Of a stretch of 64,000 nt of DNA, positions 28,112 through 37,900 are shown piece after piece; position 1 is the stretch's first letter, and the number at the start of each line of letters is the position of its first letter. The notes beneath the pieces were generated by a model. The model was not told the DNA's origin. It made no database searches and saw only the letters and a program-made list of their open reading frames with translations. Position numbers and translations under genes: made by a program. The stretch covers positions 7,714-71,713 of the IMG/VR virus record IMGVR_UViG_3300050120_000156; one strand, written 5' to 3'. Source of the DNA: a virus.

Positions 28112-29017
28112 ATGCCGCTGGTGAACGGCCATTCCCGTGAGGCGATCGGCGAGAACATCCGCCGGCTGCATCTTGGCGACGGTCGCCCGCTCAACCAGAG
28201 CGTCGCCATCGCGCTCCGTCTGGCGCACCAATCCGCCGTCAATCATCGCGCCAGTGGCGGCTACAACCCGCCATCTCCCTCGCTCGAGGAGCGCGAATAC
28301 CTCCGCGACGAGGATTCCCGGCCGTTCTCCGGTGGGCTCATCAACTCGGCGATCCCCGGCCGCACCGATCGCCACAACATCGACGTCCCCTCCGGCAGCT
28401 ATGTCCTGCCGGCCGACGTCGTCTCCGGGCTCGGTGAGGGCAACACCATGGCCGGCGCCGCCGTCGTCCAGAAGATGTTCGGGACGGCACCCTATGGCGT
28501 TCCCCTGGCACATGGCTCCGGCGGCGGCGGCGGCAGCTACGGACACATGCCATCGCCGCCGCCACCGTTCCGTGAGCCGGCGTCACCGCCGGTGACCTTC
28601 GCGGCGGGCGGCATGCCGCATCTGGCATCAGCTCCGATGCCGGCCCGGGCTCCCGTCGTTTCCGGCATTGCGCCGCATGCGCCGGCCCTACCGACCAGGA
28701 TGCCGGGAAACCCGATGACGCCGCGCGTCATGCGGCCGGTGCAGGCGTCGCCGGTCTATCATGGCGGCGCGGCCGGCCCGCCGATGGCGCAGGCCTTCGC
28801 GATGGGTGGCGGCGCCAGCGAAGGCCACGAGAACGGCTGGGTGCCGATCGTTGCGGCTGGTGGCGAAATCGTTATAAGTCCCAGTATCGTTAAGAACCAC
28901 CCATTGCTTGGACGTGGGTCTCTTCATCGCGGCCATCAGATTTTGGATGAATTCGTGAAGCAACGGCGCGCCAAGACAATCAAGCAATTGAAGTCACTGC
29001 CTGGTCCGGCGAAATAG
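28112..29017 (+). CDS. internal virion protein with MPL..G.S...I..NI...QSVAIAL N-domain and two GG..D.(I/V)P..GE.V modules
   Basis: RASGG, PFSGG..PGRTD..NIDVPSGSYVLPADVVSGLGEGN, FAMGG..VPIVAAGGEIVI. Confidence 0.8.
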   Translation: MPLVNGHSREAIGENIRRLHLGDGRPLNQSVAIALRLAHQSAVNHRASGGYNPPSPSLEEREYLRDEDSRPFSGGLINSAIPGRTDRHNIDVPSGSYVLPADVVSGLGEGNTMAGAAVVQKMFGTAPYGVPLAHGSGGGGGSYGHMPSPPPPFREPASPPVTFAAGGMPHLASAPMPARAPVVSGIAPHAPALPTRMPGNPMTPRVMRPVQASPVYHGGAAGPPMAQAFAMGGGASEGHENGWVPIVAAGGEIVISPSIVKNHPLLGRGSLHRGHQILDEFVKQRRAKTIKQLKSLPGPAK

Positions 29018-30049
29018 ATGATCTCCGCCAGCGAACTCAGGGAAATTCTGCATTATGATCCTCTGTCGGGAGAGTTTCGGTGGCGGGTAACTCGCGGCTC
29101 TTCACGGGCTGGTGATCTCGCTGGATCTGTCGGTGCCAATGGTTACCGACGCATCAGCCTCGGGAAAAAATCTTACCAAGCCTACAGGCTTGCGTGGCTC
29201 TATGTTTACGGTAAATGGCCGCTCGGCTGGGTTGACCATCGGAGTCGACAGAAGTCCGACGACAGGATTGCAAATCTCCGCGATGCGACACCGCAGCAAA
29301 GCGCCATCAACAGACATCACGGCACGCCTAATAAGTATGGGTTGATGGGGGTTTCAAAAAAGGGGGGGAAGTGGGTAGCAAAAATCCGTGATGGTGAGAA
29401 TCGGCGCTACCTTGGTACATACAATACTGCGGAAGAAGCTAACGCATCTTTTGAAAAAGCCCGCGCGATGCTTCACGGAGAGTTTGCAGAAGCCGAAGCT
29501 TGTGGGGAAATATGCCCATCTGATCCTTGGTCGCCAGAGAAGCGCTTGACGGAATTGACGGCAGAAGGGCTGCGGTCTCTTCTCGATTACGATCCTGCGA
29601 CTGGCCTCTTCCGATGGAGAGACTCCCGCACGAACGTGAAGGCCGGCAGCGTCGCCGGAACGATCTCGCGTTACGGCTATAGGATATTGTCGCTCAGCGT
29701 CGGCGGAAAGAAGCGCAAGTACCTTTCCGGAAGACTGGTGTGGCTCTACGTCCACGGCGCGTGGCCGGTTGACGAGATCGACCATATCAATGGGGTAAGG
29801 GATGACGACAGGCTAAGCAATCTACGCGAAGCCAACCGAGACCAGCAGATGGCTAATCGGCGTTGTCACTTGCGGAGCAAATCCCAGTTAAAGGGGGTCG
29901 AGAGCCACCATTCCGGAAAATGGTCGGCGCGAATTTGTGTCTTCAAAAAGAGAATCTACATCGGCAATTTTGACACGCCGGAAGAGGCGTCGTGGGCCTA
30001 CCGCGTGCATGCTGAATTTTACCATGGCGAATTTGTGAGGACGGCATGA
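29018..30049 (+). CDS. homing endonuclease with two tandem HNH-AP2 units
   Basis: Two copies of L..LL.YDP..G.FRW...R.L.WLYV.G.WP...DH....DDR..NLR.A followed by AP2-like G...GKW.A.I...Y.G...T.EEA. Confidence 0.9.
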   Translation: MISASELREILHYDPLSGEFRWRVTRGSSRAGDLAGSVGANGYRRISLGKKSYQAYRLAWLYVYGKWPLGWVDHRSRQKSDDRIANLRDATPQQSAINRHHGTPNKYGLMGVSKKGGKWVAKIRDGENRRYLGTYNTAEEANASFEKARAMLHGEFAEAEACGEICPSDPWSPEKRLTELTAEGLRSLLDYDPATGLFRWRDSRTNVKAGSVAGTISRYGYRILSLSVGGKKRKYLSGRLVWLYVHGAWPVDEIDHINGVRDDDRLSNLREANRDQQMANRRCHLRSKSQLKGVESHHSGKWSARICVFKKRIYIGNFDTPEEASWAYRVHAEFYHGEFVRTA

Positions 30050-30594
30050 CGGGCACCACGGCTCTGAAAATCAGCGAGGGGGCGCGGCCCGATGCAGGCC
30101 TGCCGATCGCCGCCGTGCCGACGGTGCGCCTCGCGATGCCGACGGACAGCGACGAGATCCTCGAGCTGCTCAAGATCCGCAACGCCGAGGAACGCCGAGG
30201 TCCGATGGATGTCGACAAGGTGATGGATGCCGTCACCGCCGGGATCTGCCGCCGTGGTGCCCTGATCGGCATCATCCGCGGTGCCTCCCGCATCGTCGCC
30301 TCGATCGGCCTCTACCTCGATCGTGACTGGGACAGCGCCGTACCGCTGGTGAAGAGCCGCTGGGACTTCGTCCATCCCGAACACCGCCGCAAGACGACGC
30401 ATGCCCGCGACCTCATCACCTTCGCGAAATACGCCGCCGGCGAGATGGGCTGCCCGCTCGAGATGGTGCAGACCGAGAATCCGGACACCGCCGAGAAGGT
30501 CAAGATGGTCGGCCGCCAGATGCCGCTCGGGGCCAAGATCTTCATCGTGCTGCCGACGGCGCCGAGCTACCACCTGGATCCTCCGCAAGGCTAA
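30046..30594 (+). CDS. GNAT-like acetyltransferase fold protein
   Basis: VRLAMPTD..EI; FVHPEHRRK..A..LI.FAK. Confidence 0.7.
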   Translation: MTGTTALKISEGARPDAGLPIAAVPTVRLAMPTDSDEILELLKIRNAEERRGPMDVDKVMDAVTAGICRRGALIGIIRGASRIVASIGLYLDRDWDSAVPLVKSRWDFVHPEHRRKTTHARDLITFAKYAAGEMGCPLEMVQTENPDTAEKVKMVGRQMPLGAKIFIVLPTAPSYHLDPPQG

Positions 30595-30611
30595 CCCGTT
30601 CCGCTCCATGA

Positions 30612-30669
30612 TTGCGCCGTTTCTCGCGTCGCGGTAGACTACAGCCAACAGCTCGGCGCGCCGTCGGGC
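30612..30669 (+). promoter_or_regulatory. promoter plus GCGCC-loop hairpin
   Basis: TTGCGC-N17-TAGACT; GCTCGGC-GCGCC-GTCGGGC. Confidence 0.7.
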
Positions 30670-30727
30670 ACCTGCACCGCCAGTCTCCGCCCTGCGCTTG
30701 GGCACGAGGCTTCAACGCGAGGCGGCC

Positions 30728-31243
30728 ATGCCCGACGGCGAAGCCTTCCATCTCCGAACCACCGACCGACCGGCGACGGTCCGCATGGCGACCGCTGCGG
30801 ACGAAGAGCCGCTGTTCGACCTCCTGTTCGAGATGTACGGCGAGAATGCCATCGGTGGTCATCCGGTCAGCCGCGACAAGGTGATGGCGGCGATCCGCAA
30901 GGGCACCCGGCAGCAAGGCACCTTCATCGGCGTCATCGATGGGCCGGATGGTCGGCCGGCGGCGTCCATGGCGCTCGAGCTGACCGATTACTGGTATTCC
31001 GACGATTGGTTCCTGCATGAGCGCTGGCTGTTCGTGCGCGGCGATAGCCGGCATAGCCGGTACGACGAGGCGCTGTTCCGCTGGGCCGACGGTATCCGGC
31101 GCGATATGGGCCAGCGCACCGGCCAGCGCTGGGAGATCGTGATGGCCTTCTGGACGCCGGCACGGCTCGCCGCGAAGCTGCGGCTCTGGGGGCGCTACGC
31201 CCGGCAGGTCGGCGGCGTGTTCATCATGGACGGGGACCGCTGA
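30728..31243 (+). CDS. GNAT-like acetyltransferase fold protein (paralogue of previous)
   Basis: VRMATAADE; YWYSDD.FL.E.WLFV..DSR.SR...LFRWA; KLRLW.R....VGGVF. Confidence 0.75.
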   Translation: MPDGEAFHLRTTDRPATVRMATAADEEPLFDLLFEMYGENAIGGHPVSRDKVMAAIRKGTRQQGTFIGVIDGPDGRPAASMALELTDYWYSDDWFLHERWLFVRGDSRHSRYDEALFRWADGIRRDMGQRTGQRWEIVMAFWTPARLAAKLRLWGRYARQVGGVFIMDGDR

Positions 31244-31342
31244 AATGAGCGGCGCGATGATGCCCGATGTAGCAACCGGAGGTCGCGACAAATGCGGCCT
31301 TAATGTTGCACGTATTGGTGTGGTAGATTAAGGAGAAGTACA

Positions 31343-34300
31343 ATTTCTGGTGGCGGGACTAACACAAATACTGTCCAGTCAGCGCCTCCGCAGCAGGTGC
31401 TGGACGCCTACTCCGCTGCGCAGGCGAAGGCGACTTCTGCCGCGTCGGCGCCCTTGCAGCAATACACCGGCAACACCGTCGCCGGCTTCACGCCGGACCA
31501 GACTGCGGCGATGCAGACGATCGACAATTCGCAGGGCATCGCGCAGCCCTACATCAACCAGGCGGCTGGATATGCCGCGAATGCCGCGACGCCAATCACG
31601 CCGACCGCCTTCTCGCCGGCGGCGGTCTCGCAATACGAATCGCCCTACACCTCGCAGGTCGTCAATGCGACCGAAGCGCAGATGCAGAACATGGACGCGC
31701 AGCAGCAGCAGGGGGTTGTCGGCAACGCGATCTCCAAGGGCGCCTGGGGCGGGGACCGTGCCGGCATCGCGCAGGCCGAGCTCTCGAACCAGCAGGATCT
31801 CGCCAACAACCAGACCATCGCCGGGCTCGAGAATTCCGGCTATACGCAGGCGCTCGGCGAGTTCAACCAGCAGCAGACGACCGGCGTCAATGCGCAGACC
31901 GCCTCGGACTGGCTGAATGCCAACGCCGCCTCGACCTATGGTGCCCTCGGCAACGAGGCGCAGAACACGGCGCTGACCGGCGCGTCGGCGCAGATGCAGT
32001 CCGGTACCGCGCAGCAGACGCTGGCGCAGGAGAATCTCAACGTCCCCTATCAGCAGTTCTTGCAGCAGCAGGCCTATCCGTTCCAGACCTCGCAGTTTCA
32101 GACGCAAGCGGCGACCGGGCTGTCGAATCAAGGCGGCGGATCGACGTCGACATCGCCGGGCGCCGACACCACCGGTCAGACGATTGGCACCTTGGCCTCG
32201 ATCGCCGCGCTCGCCGCCATGGCCTATGAGCGTGGTGGCGCCGTCAAGCCGCGTGGCTTCGATACCGGCGGCAACGTCTTCGGTGCCGGTTTCAAGTTGC
32301 CGGCCGTTCCCGGCGCCTCGGTCAATATCGTGCCCGGGCCGATGAACCTTCCCGGCGGTGGCGGCAGCAACGGCGGCATCCCGGCGCCGCCGCAGGCACC
32401 GGTGGCCGGCAGCGGTGCGGGCGGCGGTTCCAACCCGAGCGCGGCGCTGGTGGGGCTAGGCAAGGAGATCAAGGACGCCAAGGTGCAGAGCGCGGCGCAG
32501 CAGGCGAAGATAGATGCCAATTCCAATGATGGCTTCGGTTCCAAATCGGTGCCTGACCAGTCGCTGTACGGCAAGCCGCCGGTTCCCGACGTGATGACGA
32601 CTGGCAACACGAATTTCAGCGACCCGTCGATGTTCGGCGATATGTACGGGGGCGCCGATATTGGTGCCGCCGGCGCCGGTGCTGATGCCGGGGCTGCGGC
32701 CGATGCCTCCGTCGCCAGCGATGCGATGATGGTGGCGGCGGCGCGTGGCGGCGTCATCCGTCGCCACGGCTTCGATGCTGGCGGCGATGTCCAGGATGCG
32801 GGCCTGATCGCGGCCGGTGTCCCGGATGCCATGGGCGGATCGCCGATCGCCAACAGCCAATTGCAGCGCTATCAGGGGATGTCTCCGGAGCAACTTCAGG
32901 AGATGTCGCAGCGCATCCCGTCGTCCTCGCCGCAGAGCCAGATCGTAAATCGCGCGCTGATGGCGGCGCGGATGAAGCCGTCATCGACCGCGGTGCAGCC
33001 GGTCGCCAAGGGAGCGCCCAGCGTCGCAGGCATGGCTCCGGTGGCGCCGACGGTGGCGAGCGCGGCCGGCGTCCAGCCGCAGCAGGGCCAGCCGCAGCAG
33101 CCGCAACAGCAGGGCCAGCAGATGGGCAGCTATGGTCCCTACCGCCGCGGCGGCCCTGTGGGTTTTGCGGATGGTGGCATGCCGGGTCTTCCCTCGTACA
33201 TGAACCCGACCAGCATGCCAGGCGCCGGCGTTTCGATCCCGGGTGCCGCTGCATCGGCGCTGCGCCGCGGCGGCATCGCGCGCGGCTTCGATGATGGCGG
33301 CCCGGTCGACGATGCTGATCTCGACGGTATCGGCGATCTTTATGCCGGGGGCTATTCGCCGCCACGGTATGTGCCGGTGCAGAAGGGCGAGCAGCCGGCG
33401 CTCGAAACCGGAGCATGGCTGCGCGGCACTGCCGGCGATGTCGGCACGTCGATCGGTGACGCCGCCTCGGCGCTGTTGAACAAGGACAATTCCTCGGTGC
33501 ATTACGGGCTCGGCGATAATTTCGGCGCGGATGCCGTACCGTCGCAAGCGGCGAAGGGTAAGCCGCCAGCACCGCCGGAGGGCGCGCCGGCCGACCTTTC
33601 CGGGATCGGCGATGTCTACGCCGATCCGCGCGGTGCGATTCCGGCTGGGATCGATCTCTCCGGGATCGGCGATCTCTATGGCGGCAGCGCTGCCGTGCCG
33701 GCGCGCGGGCTCTCGGCGCCGCCGCCAGACGATGTTGTCATGCCGGCTGGTCGCAAGCCTTCGGCGCCTCGGCTTGCATCGGCGATGCCTGCCGGGATCT
33801 CTGCGCCGCCGGCCGGGCTGGCACCGCCGCCGTCAGGCCTCGACGACGATCTCGATGATACCGTTCCGTCGCAGGCGCTTGAAGGCAAGCCGCCGATCCC
33901 GGACGATACGGCGCCGCAACCTGACCTCTCCGGCAAGCCGGCGAGCGCGCTGAGCCCGGCCGGAGGCAAGCCTGCGGCGGCTGCGGCATCTTCGGATGCG
34001 GCCGCGCCGGACAAGGGCGGTACGGCATGGAACGATCAAAGCATCTGGATGCCGATCCTGGCGGCCGGTCTCGGGGCGATGTCGTCGCACAACACCACGG
34101 CGCTTGGCGTTCTCGGCGAGGGCGGCTTGCGCGGCCTCGAGTACATGAGCGCGTCGCAGAAGGCTGCGCTCGAGGCGAAGAAAGCCGCCAGCGACGACAC
34201 CTACCGTCAAGGCGAGCTCGCCAACTCGTCGCAGAAGAACCAGCAGGACGCGAAACGGCTCGACCAGGAAGCCGATCGCTACCGGGGGACGCTGGGCGAG

Positions 34301-34960
34301 ACGACGCGCCACAACCAAGCCGATGAGATCCTGAAAGGCCAGCAGCAGCAGCAGACTGCGACGTATCAGCAAGGGATGCTGGACCGCGGCAAGTTCACGG
34401 TGGTTGCTGGCACAGGCACCGATGAAAATGGCAACACTGTTCCTGGTGCCTATGAGGTCGACTCGGTCAACAAAACATCGACGTTCCGGCCAGGCATGGT
34501 GCTGACCGGCAAGCCCGGCGGTGGACAGGGTCAGAGGGCGGCGCTGGCCGACATACTGATGAAACCGGGTCAGCATGGAGAGACGCCAGCGGCCGCGACG
34601 CTAACGCAGGCGTTGGCGATGCTCGATGATCCGACCGGAAAACACGCCGCGCAGATACAGAATGCGCGGGACAGTCTCGCGGCACGCGAGGCGATGGCGG
34701 ATGTCGGTTATGTCTCCGATCCGCTTGGGACGCTCGACAAATACCGGGCTCATAATGGCCTCCCGCCGGCACCAGGGGCGCAGCCGAGCGCCGCGGCACC
34801 GCAGCAGCGGCCGGCGGCGGCTCCGGCCCAGCGGCAGGCTCCCGGCCCGACCTTCCCGGCGATGCCGGCTGGTGTTCCGGCTGGCGCGCAATTCAGCCCC
34901 TCGAAAAATTCGTGGTGGTGGCAGCAAAATGGGAAGTGGCAATCTGCGCCCGGTGGTTGA
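31343..34960 (+). CDS. DNA ejection / pilot internal virion protein; probable ATT start
   Basis: TAAGGAG 7 nt before in-frame ATT-SGGGTNTNTVQSAPP; YTG..VAGFTPDQ..A, YESPYT.QVV, GAWGGDRAGI; many (F/Y)xxGG motifs. Confidence 0.85.
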   Translation: MSGGGTNTNTVQSAPPQQVLDAYSAAQAKATSAASAPLQQYTGNTVAGFTPDQTAAMQTIDNSQGIAQPYINQAAGYAANAATPITPTAFSPAAVSQYESPYTSQVVNATEAQMQNMDAQQQQGVVGNAISKGAWGGDRAGIAQAELSNQQDLANNQTIAGLENSGYTQALGEFNQQQTTGVNAQTASDWLNANAASTYGALGNEAQNTALTGASAQMQSGTAQQTLAQENLNVPYQQFLQQQAYPFQTSQFQTQAATGLSNQGGGSTSTSPGADTTGQTIGTLASIAALAAMAYERGGAVKPRGFDTGGNVFGAGFKLPAVPGASVNIVPGPMNLPGGGGSNGGIPAPPQAPVAGSGAGGGSNPSAALVGLGKEIKDAKVQSAAQQAKIDANSNDGFGSKSVPDQSLYGKPPVPDVMTTGNTNFSDPSMFGDMYGGADIGAAGAGADAGAAADASVASDAMMVAAARGGVIRRHGFDAGGDVQDAGLIAAGVPDAMGGSPIANSQLQRYQGMSPEQLQEMSQRIPSSSPQSQIVNRALMAARMKPSSTAVQPVAKGAPSVAGMAPVAPTVASAAGVQPQQGQPQQPQQQGQQMGSYGPYRRGGPVGFADGGMPGLPSYMNPTSMPGAGVSIPGAAASALRRGGIARGFDDGGPVDDADLDGIGDLYAGGYSPPRYVPVQKGEQPALETGAWLRGTAGDVGTSIGDAASALLNKDNSSVHYGLGDNFGADAVPSQAAKGKPPAPPEGAPADLSGIGDVYADPRGAIPAGIDLSGIGDLYGGSAAVPARGLSAPPPDDVVMPAGRKPSAPRLASAMPAGISAPPAGLAPPPSGLDDDLDDTVPSQALEGKPPIPDDTAPQPDLSGKPASALSPAGGKPAAAAASSDAAAPDKGGTAWNDQSIWMPILAAGLGAMSSHNTTALGVLGEGGLRGLEYMSASQKAALEAKKAASDDTYRQGELANSSQKNQQDAKRLDQEADRYRGTLGETTRHNQADEILKGQQQQQTATYQQGMLDRGKFTVVAGTGTDENGNTVPGAYEVDSVNKTSTFRPGMVLTGKPGGGQGQRAALADILMKPGQHGETPAAATLTQALAMLDDPTGKHAAQIQNARDSLAAREAMADVGYVSDPLGTLDKYRAHNGLPPAPGAQPSAAAPQQRPAAAPAQRQAPGPTFPAMPAGVPAGAQFSPSKNSWWWQQNGKWQSAPGG

Positions 34961-34995
34961 TAATGGGTGCCGCTCCTAACGCTGGGTGATATCTC

Positions 34996-37900
34996 GTGGT
35001 TGGTGCTGTCGACGATCCGGCAAAAGCGGCTTTTGACCGCAACCAGAAATGGGTGAAGCCTGGCGCCGATGGCTTCACGACGGCGCTGGCACCCGACGAC
35101 GAGGCGGCCTATCAGGGTTGGGTGAAGAAGAACAACGTGCCGTGGCGGGACTCGCCGACCGCCGATTACGACATGCGCGGCTTCTGGCAGACCTCGCAGT
35201 ATCCCGCGCAATGGCAGGCGTTGCAGAAGACGGGGAAGATTCCGCCCGACATGGCGCCGTTCGGAACGTCGGTCGATCCGAATGACAGGTTGCCGCACTA
35301 CCCGGATTACTGGAAGACGCCGTATCACGAGACCTTTTCGAACGAGAGCCAGTGGGCGACCCCGGATGCGCCGGCGTGGACCAACACGACGCCGAATAAG
35401 CCCGAGGGGACTGACGCTGATCGGCTCGTCGACCAGGACGGCAACATCCTGTTCGATGACCGTGTCCCGGCCGGCGACTACGGCGATGCCGGCGCCCAGC
35501 GGCAGTACATGGCCGATGGCGGCACACCGGATGACGGAGCGCCCGATGATCTGATGACGCCGCCGCCGGACCTCGTCGCGGCACCGGAGGCCCATGCCGA
35601 CGAGCCGCCGACCGATCTTCTGACGCCGCCGCCGGATCTCATGCCGGCAGCGGCGGCGTCCTCGAGCGAGAAGCCGACGGCAACCGACGCCGCGGCGACC
35701 GAGAAGCCGTCGCTGCTCTCCGAGTTCACCGGGCCGATCTACAATACCGGTCGCGAGGCCGTGATGGGCATCCACAGCCTCGCCAACAGGATGCAAGGCG
35801 CCATCGCCGATACGACCGGCATCGGTGCCGATACGGCCGCCGCCAACACGGCCGCGCTTGCCAAGATGAAGGCCGACAATCCGCCGATGCCGTCGGCGGC
35901 GCCGCCGGTGACGCAAATCGGCTCGCTCGATGATGCCGCCCGCTGGGCCTTCTCGGTGACCGGCAGCGTCGCCGGCGCCGTCGCCCAGCTGGCAACGATG
36001 GGCATCCCGCGCGCCGCGGCGCTGGCCGCGATGGAAGGGTTCGAGGAGACCAAGGAAAAGACCGGCTCGACCGCCTCGGCGCTCGAATCGGCAGGCGTCC
36101 AGGCGGCGGCGCAGGCCGTCCCGCTGCATCTCCTCGGTACCGCGTTCAAGGGTACCGTCCCGGCGATCGCCGGCGCCGCCGCGGGCATGGCCGGCACCAA
36201 CGTCGCCGCCGAGGCGGCGCAGCGCGCCATCGAGGGTGACAAGCCGATGACGGCGGCGGATGCCGCCGACCAGGTCGCGCGCGGCATCGCGATGGGCGTC
36301 ATCCCCGGTGTCGCCGGTCATTTCATGGGGCGCGGCACGCCGACACCGGGCCCCGACGACATCGTCCAGCAGGCGCAGGTGCAGGGCACCAAGGTGCCGT
36401 CGCCCGACGAAGCCAGCCAGATGGCGGCCGATCAGGCGGCGATCCGCGGGCAGGCGTCACCGGCGACCTCGAGCCCGGCACCGCAACCCGGCGATGCGAT
36501 CGGGCTCAAGTTCCCGAAGGGGCCGTCGCAGCGCGCCACCGTCGATCAGTATTTCGACAACGGCCAGTCGGTTCGGGTGCGCTTCGACAACGGGCAGGTG
36601 CAGGATTATCTCACCGCCGATGTTCTCCGCGACCGCGTCGAGCCGCCGCCGCCGATGAACGAAGCCCCGGCGCCGGTCGTCCGGCCGGGAACCGATGTCA
36701 GCCAGGGCGAATCGTTCGACCTCATGATGGAGGGCGAGCGCGCCGCGCAGGCGGCACAGCCGCAGCGGCAGGCCTCGACGCCGACGCTGGGCGGTGCTGC
36801 CGTCCAGGCGTTGCAGCAAGCCGACGCGCTCGAGTTCCGCGCCGCGAACGATCCCAGCCGGACGGCGGAGCAGCGCGCCGACGATTACGCTGCGGCAATG
36901 AACCTGCGCCGCCGCTTCGGTGCCTCGACCGAGGCGCCGGCGTTCAGCGATGACCAACTCGAGCGTGCCGCGCAGCAGCGCGCCGCCGGGCCCGGCACGC
37001 CGATGATGGGGCAGAACGTCCCGCCGATCGATCTGCAGCCGCCGCAGTTCACCGATGAGCAGCTCGGCCGTGCCGCCGTCATCCGCCAGCAGGCGGCGGT
37101 GGCGGCGCAGCAGGCGCGTGATGCCGCGGCCGCAGCTGCAGAGACCAAGCTGAAACAGGATGCCGACAACCCGCCGCGGCGGCCGGCCGATCTCCTCGAC
37201 TTCCTGTCGAAGTCTGGCGGCGTCCGTGACGACACCGGCGACCTCGCCGCGATGGATGCCGGGCTCTGGCACACCAACCAGCCTTTCCGCCGCAAGCTCG
37301 TCAACCCAGATGGCCTCTCGCTGCCGATGGCGTTCGAGAAGGCGAACGAGGCCGGCTACGGGCCCTATCACGATGAAGCGGAATTGCTCGATGCGATCCG
37401 CGACAACCTCGGGTCGACACCGCACTTCTCGGCGGCGGACCTGACGCAGGCGCAGCGCTGGGAAGAGGCGCAGCAGCAGCAGGAGCCGATCCTCGATCAG
37501 TTGCATGCCAGGGCGCACGAGCTCGGGCTCGACATCCCGCCGAATTGGACCGGCCCGGAAATCCTTGCCGAGATCCATGAACGTGAGGGTATGATGGCGG
37601 ACAACGGCAGCGCGGAAGCGTTGGCCGACCGCCAGGAGGCCGAAGACGATGCCTGGCTTCGGGTTGCGCACCCGGATCTTTTCTCGGAGATCCACGATGG
37701 ACGCGCCGACCAAACTGCACAACAGCCAGAACCGGCTCAAGGTCTTGCAGAAGGCCTTCACGGACCGCAACCGGCCGCTGGCGGAGCGGGAGAGCATCCG
37801 GCACCTGCTGCGATCGGCCCGGGCGGCGGTCAAGCTGCGGGTGCGGGCGCTGATGCACAGCCGCAAGGCGTAAGCCGCACCACTCCCGAGCCGGCGTCCG

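Noticed and set aside
34963-34998. In-frame ATG mini-ORF (MGAAPNAG*) suggesting TGA read-through into the giant gene
   Set aside because: GGTGAT, complementary to the 16S tail, lies 5 nt before GTG 34996 and explains initiation without read-through; at most a coupling mini-ORF
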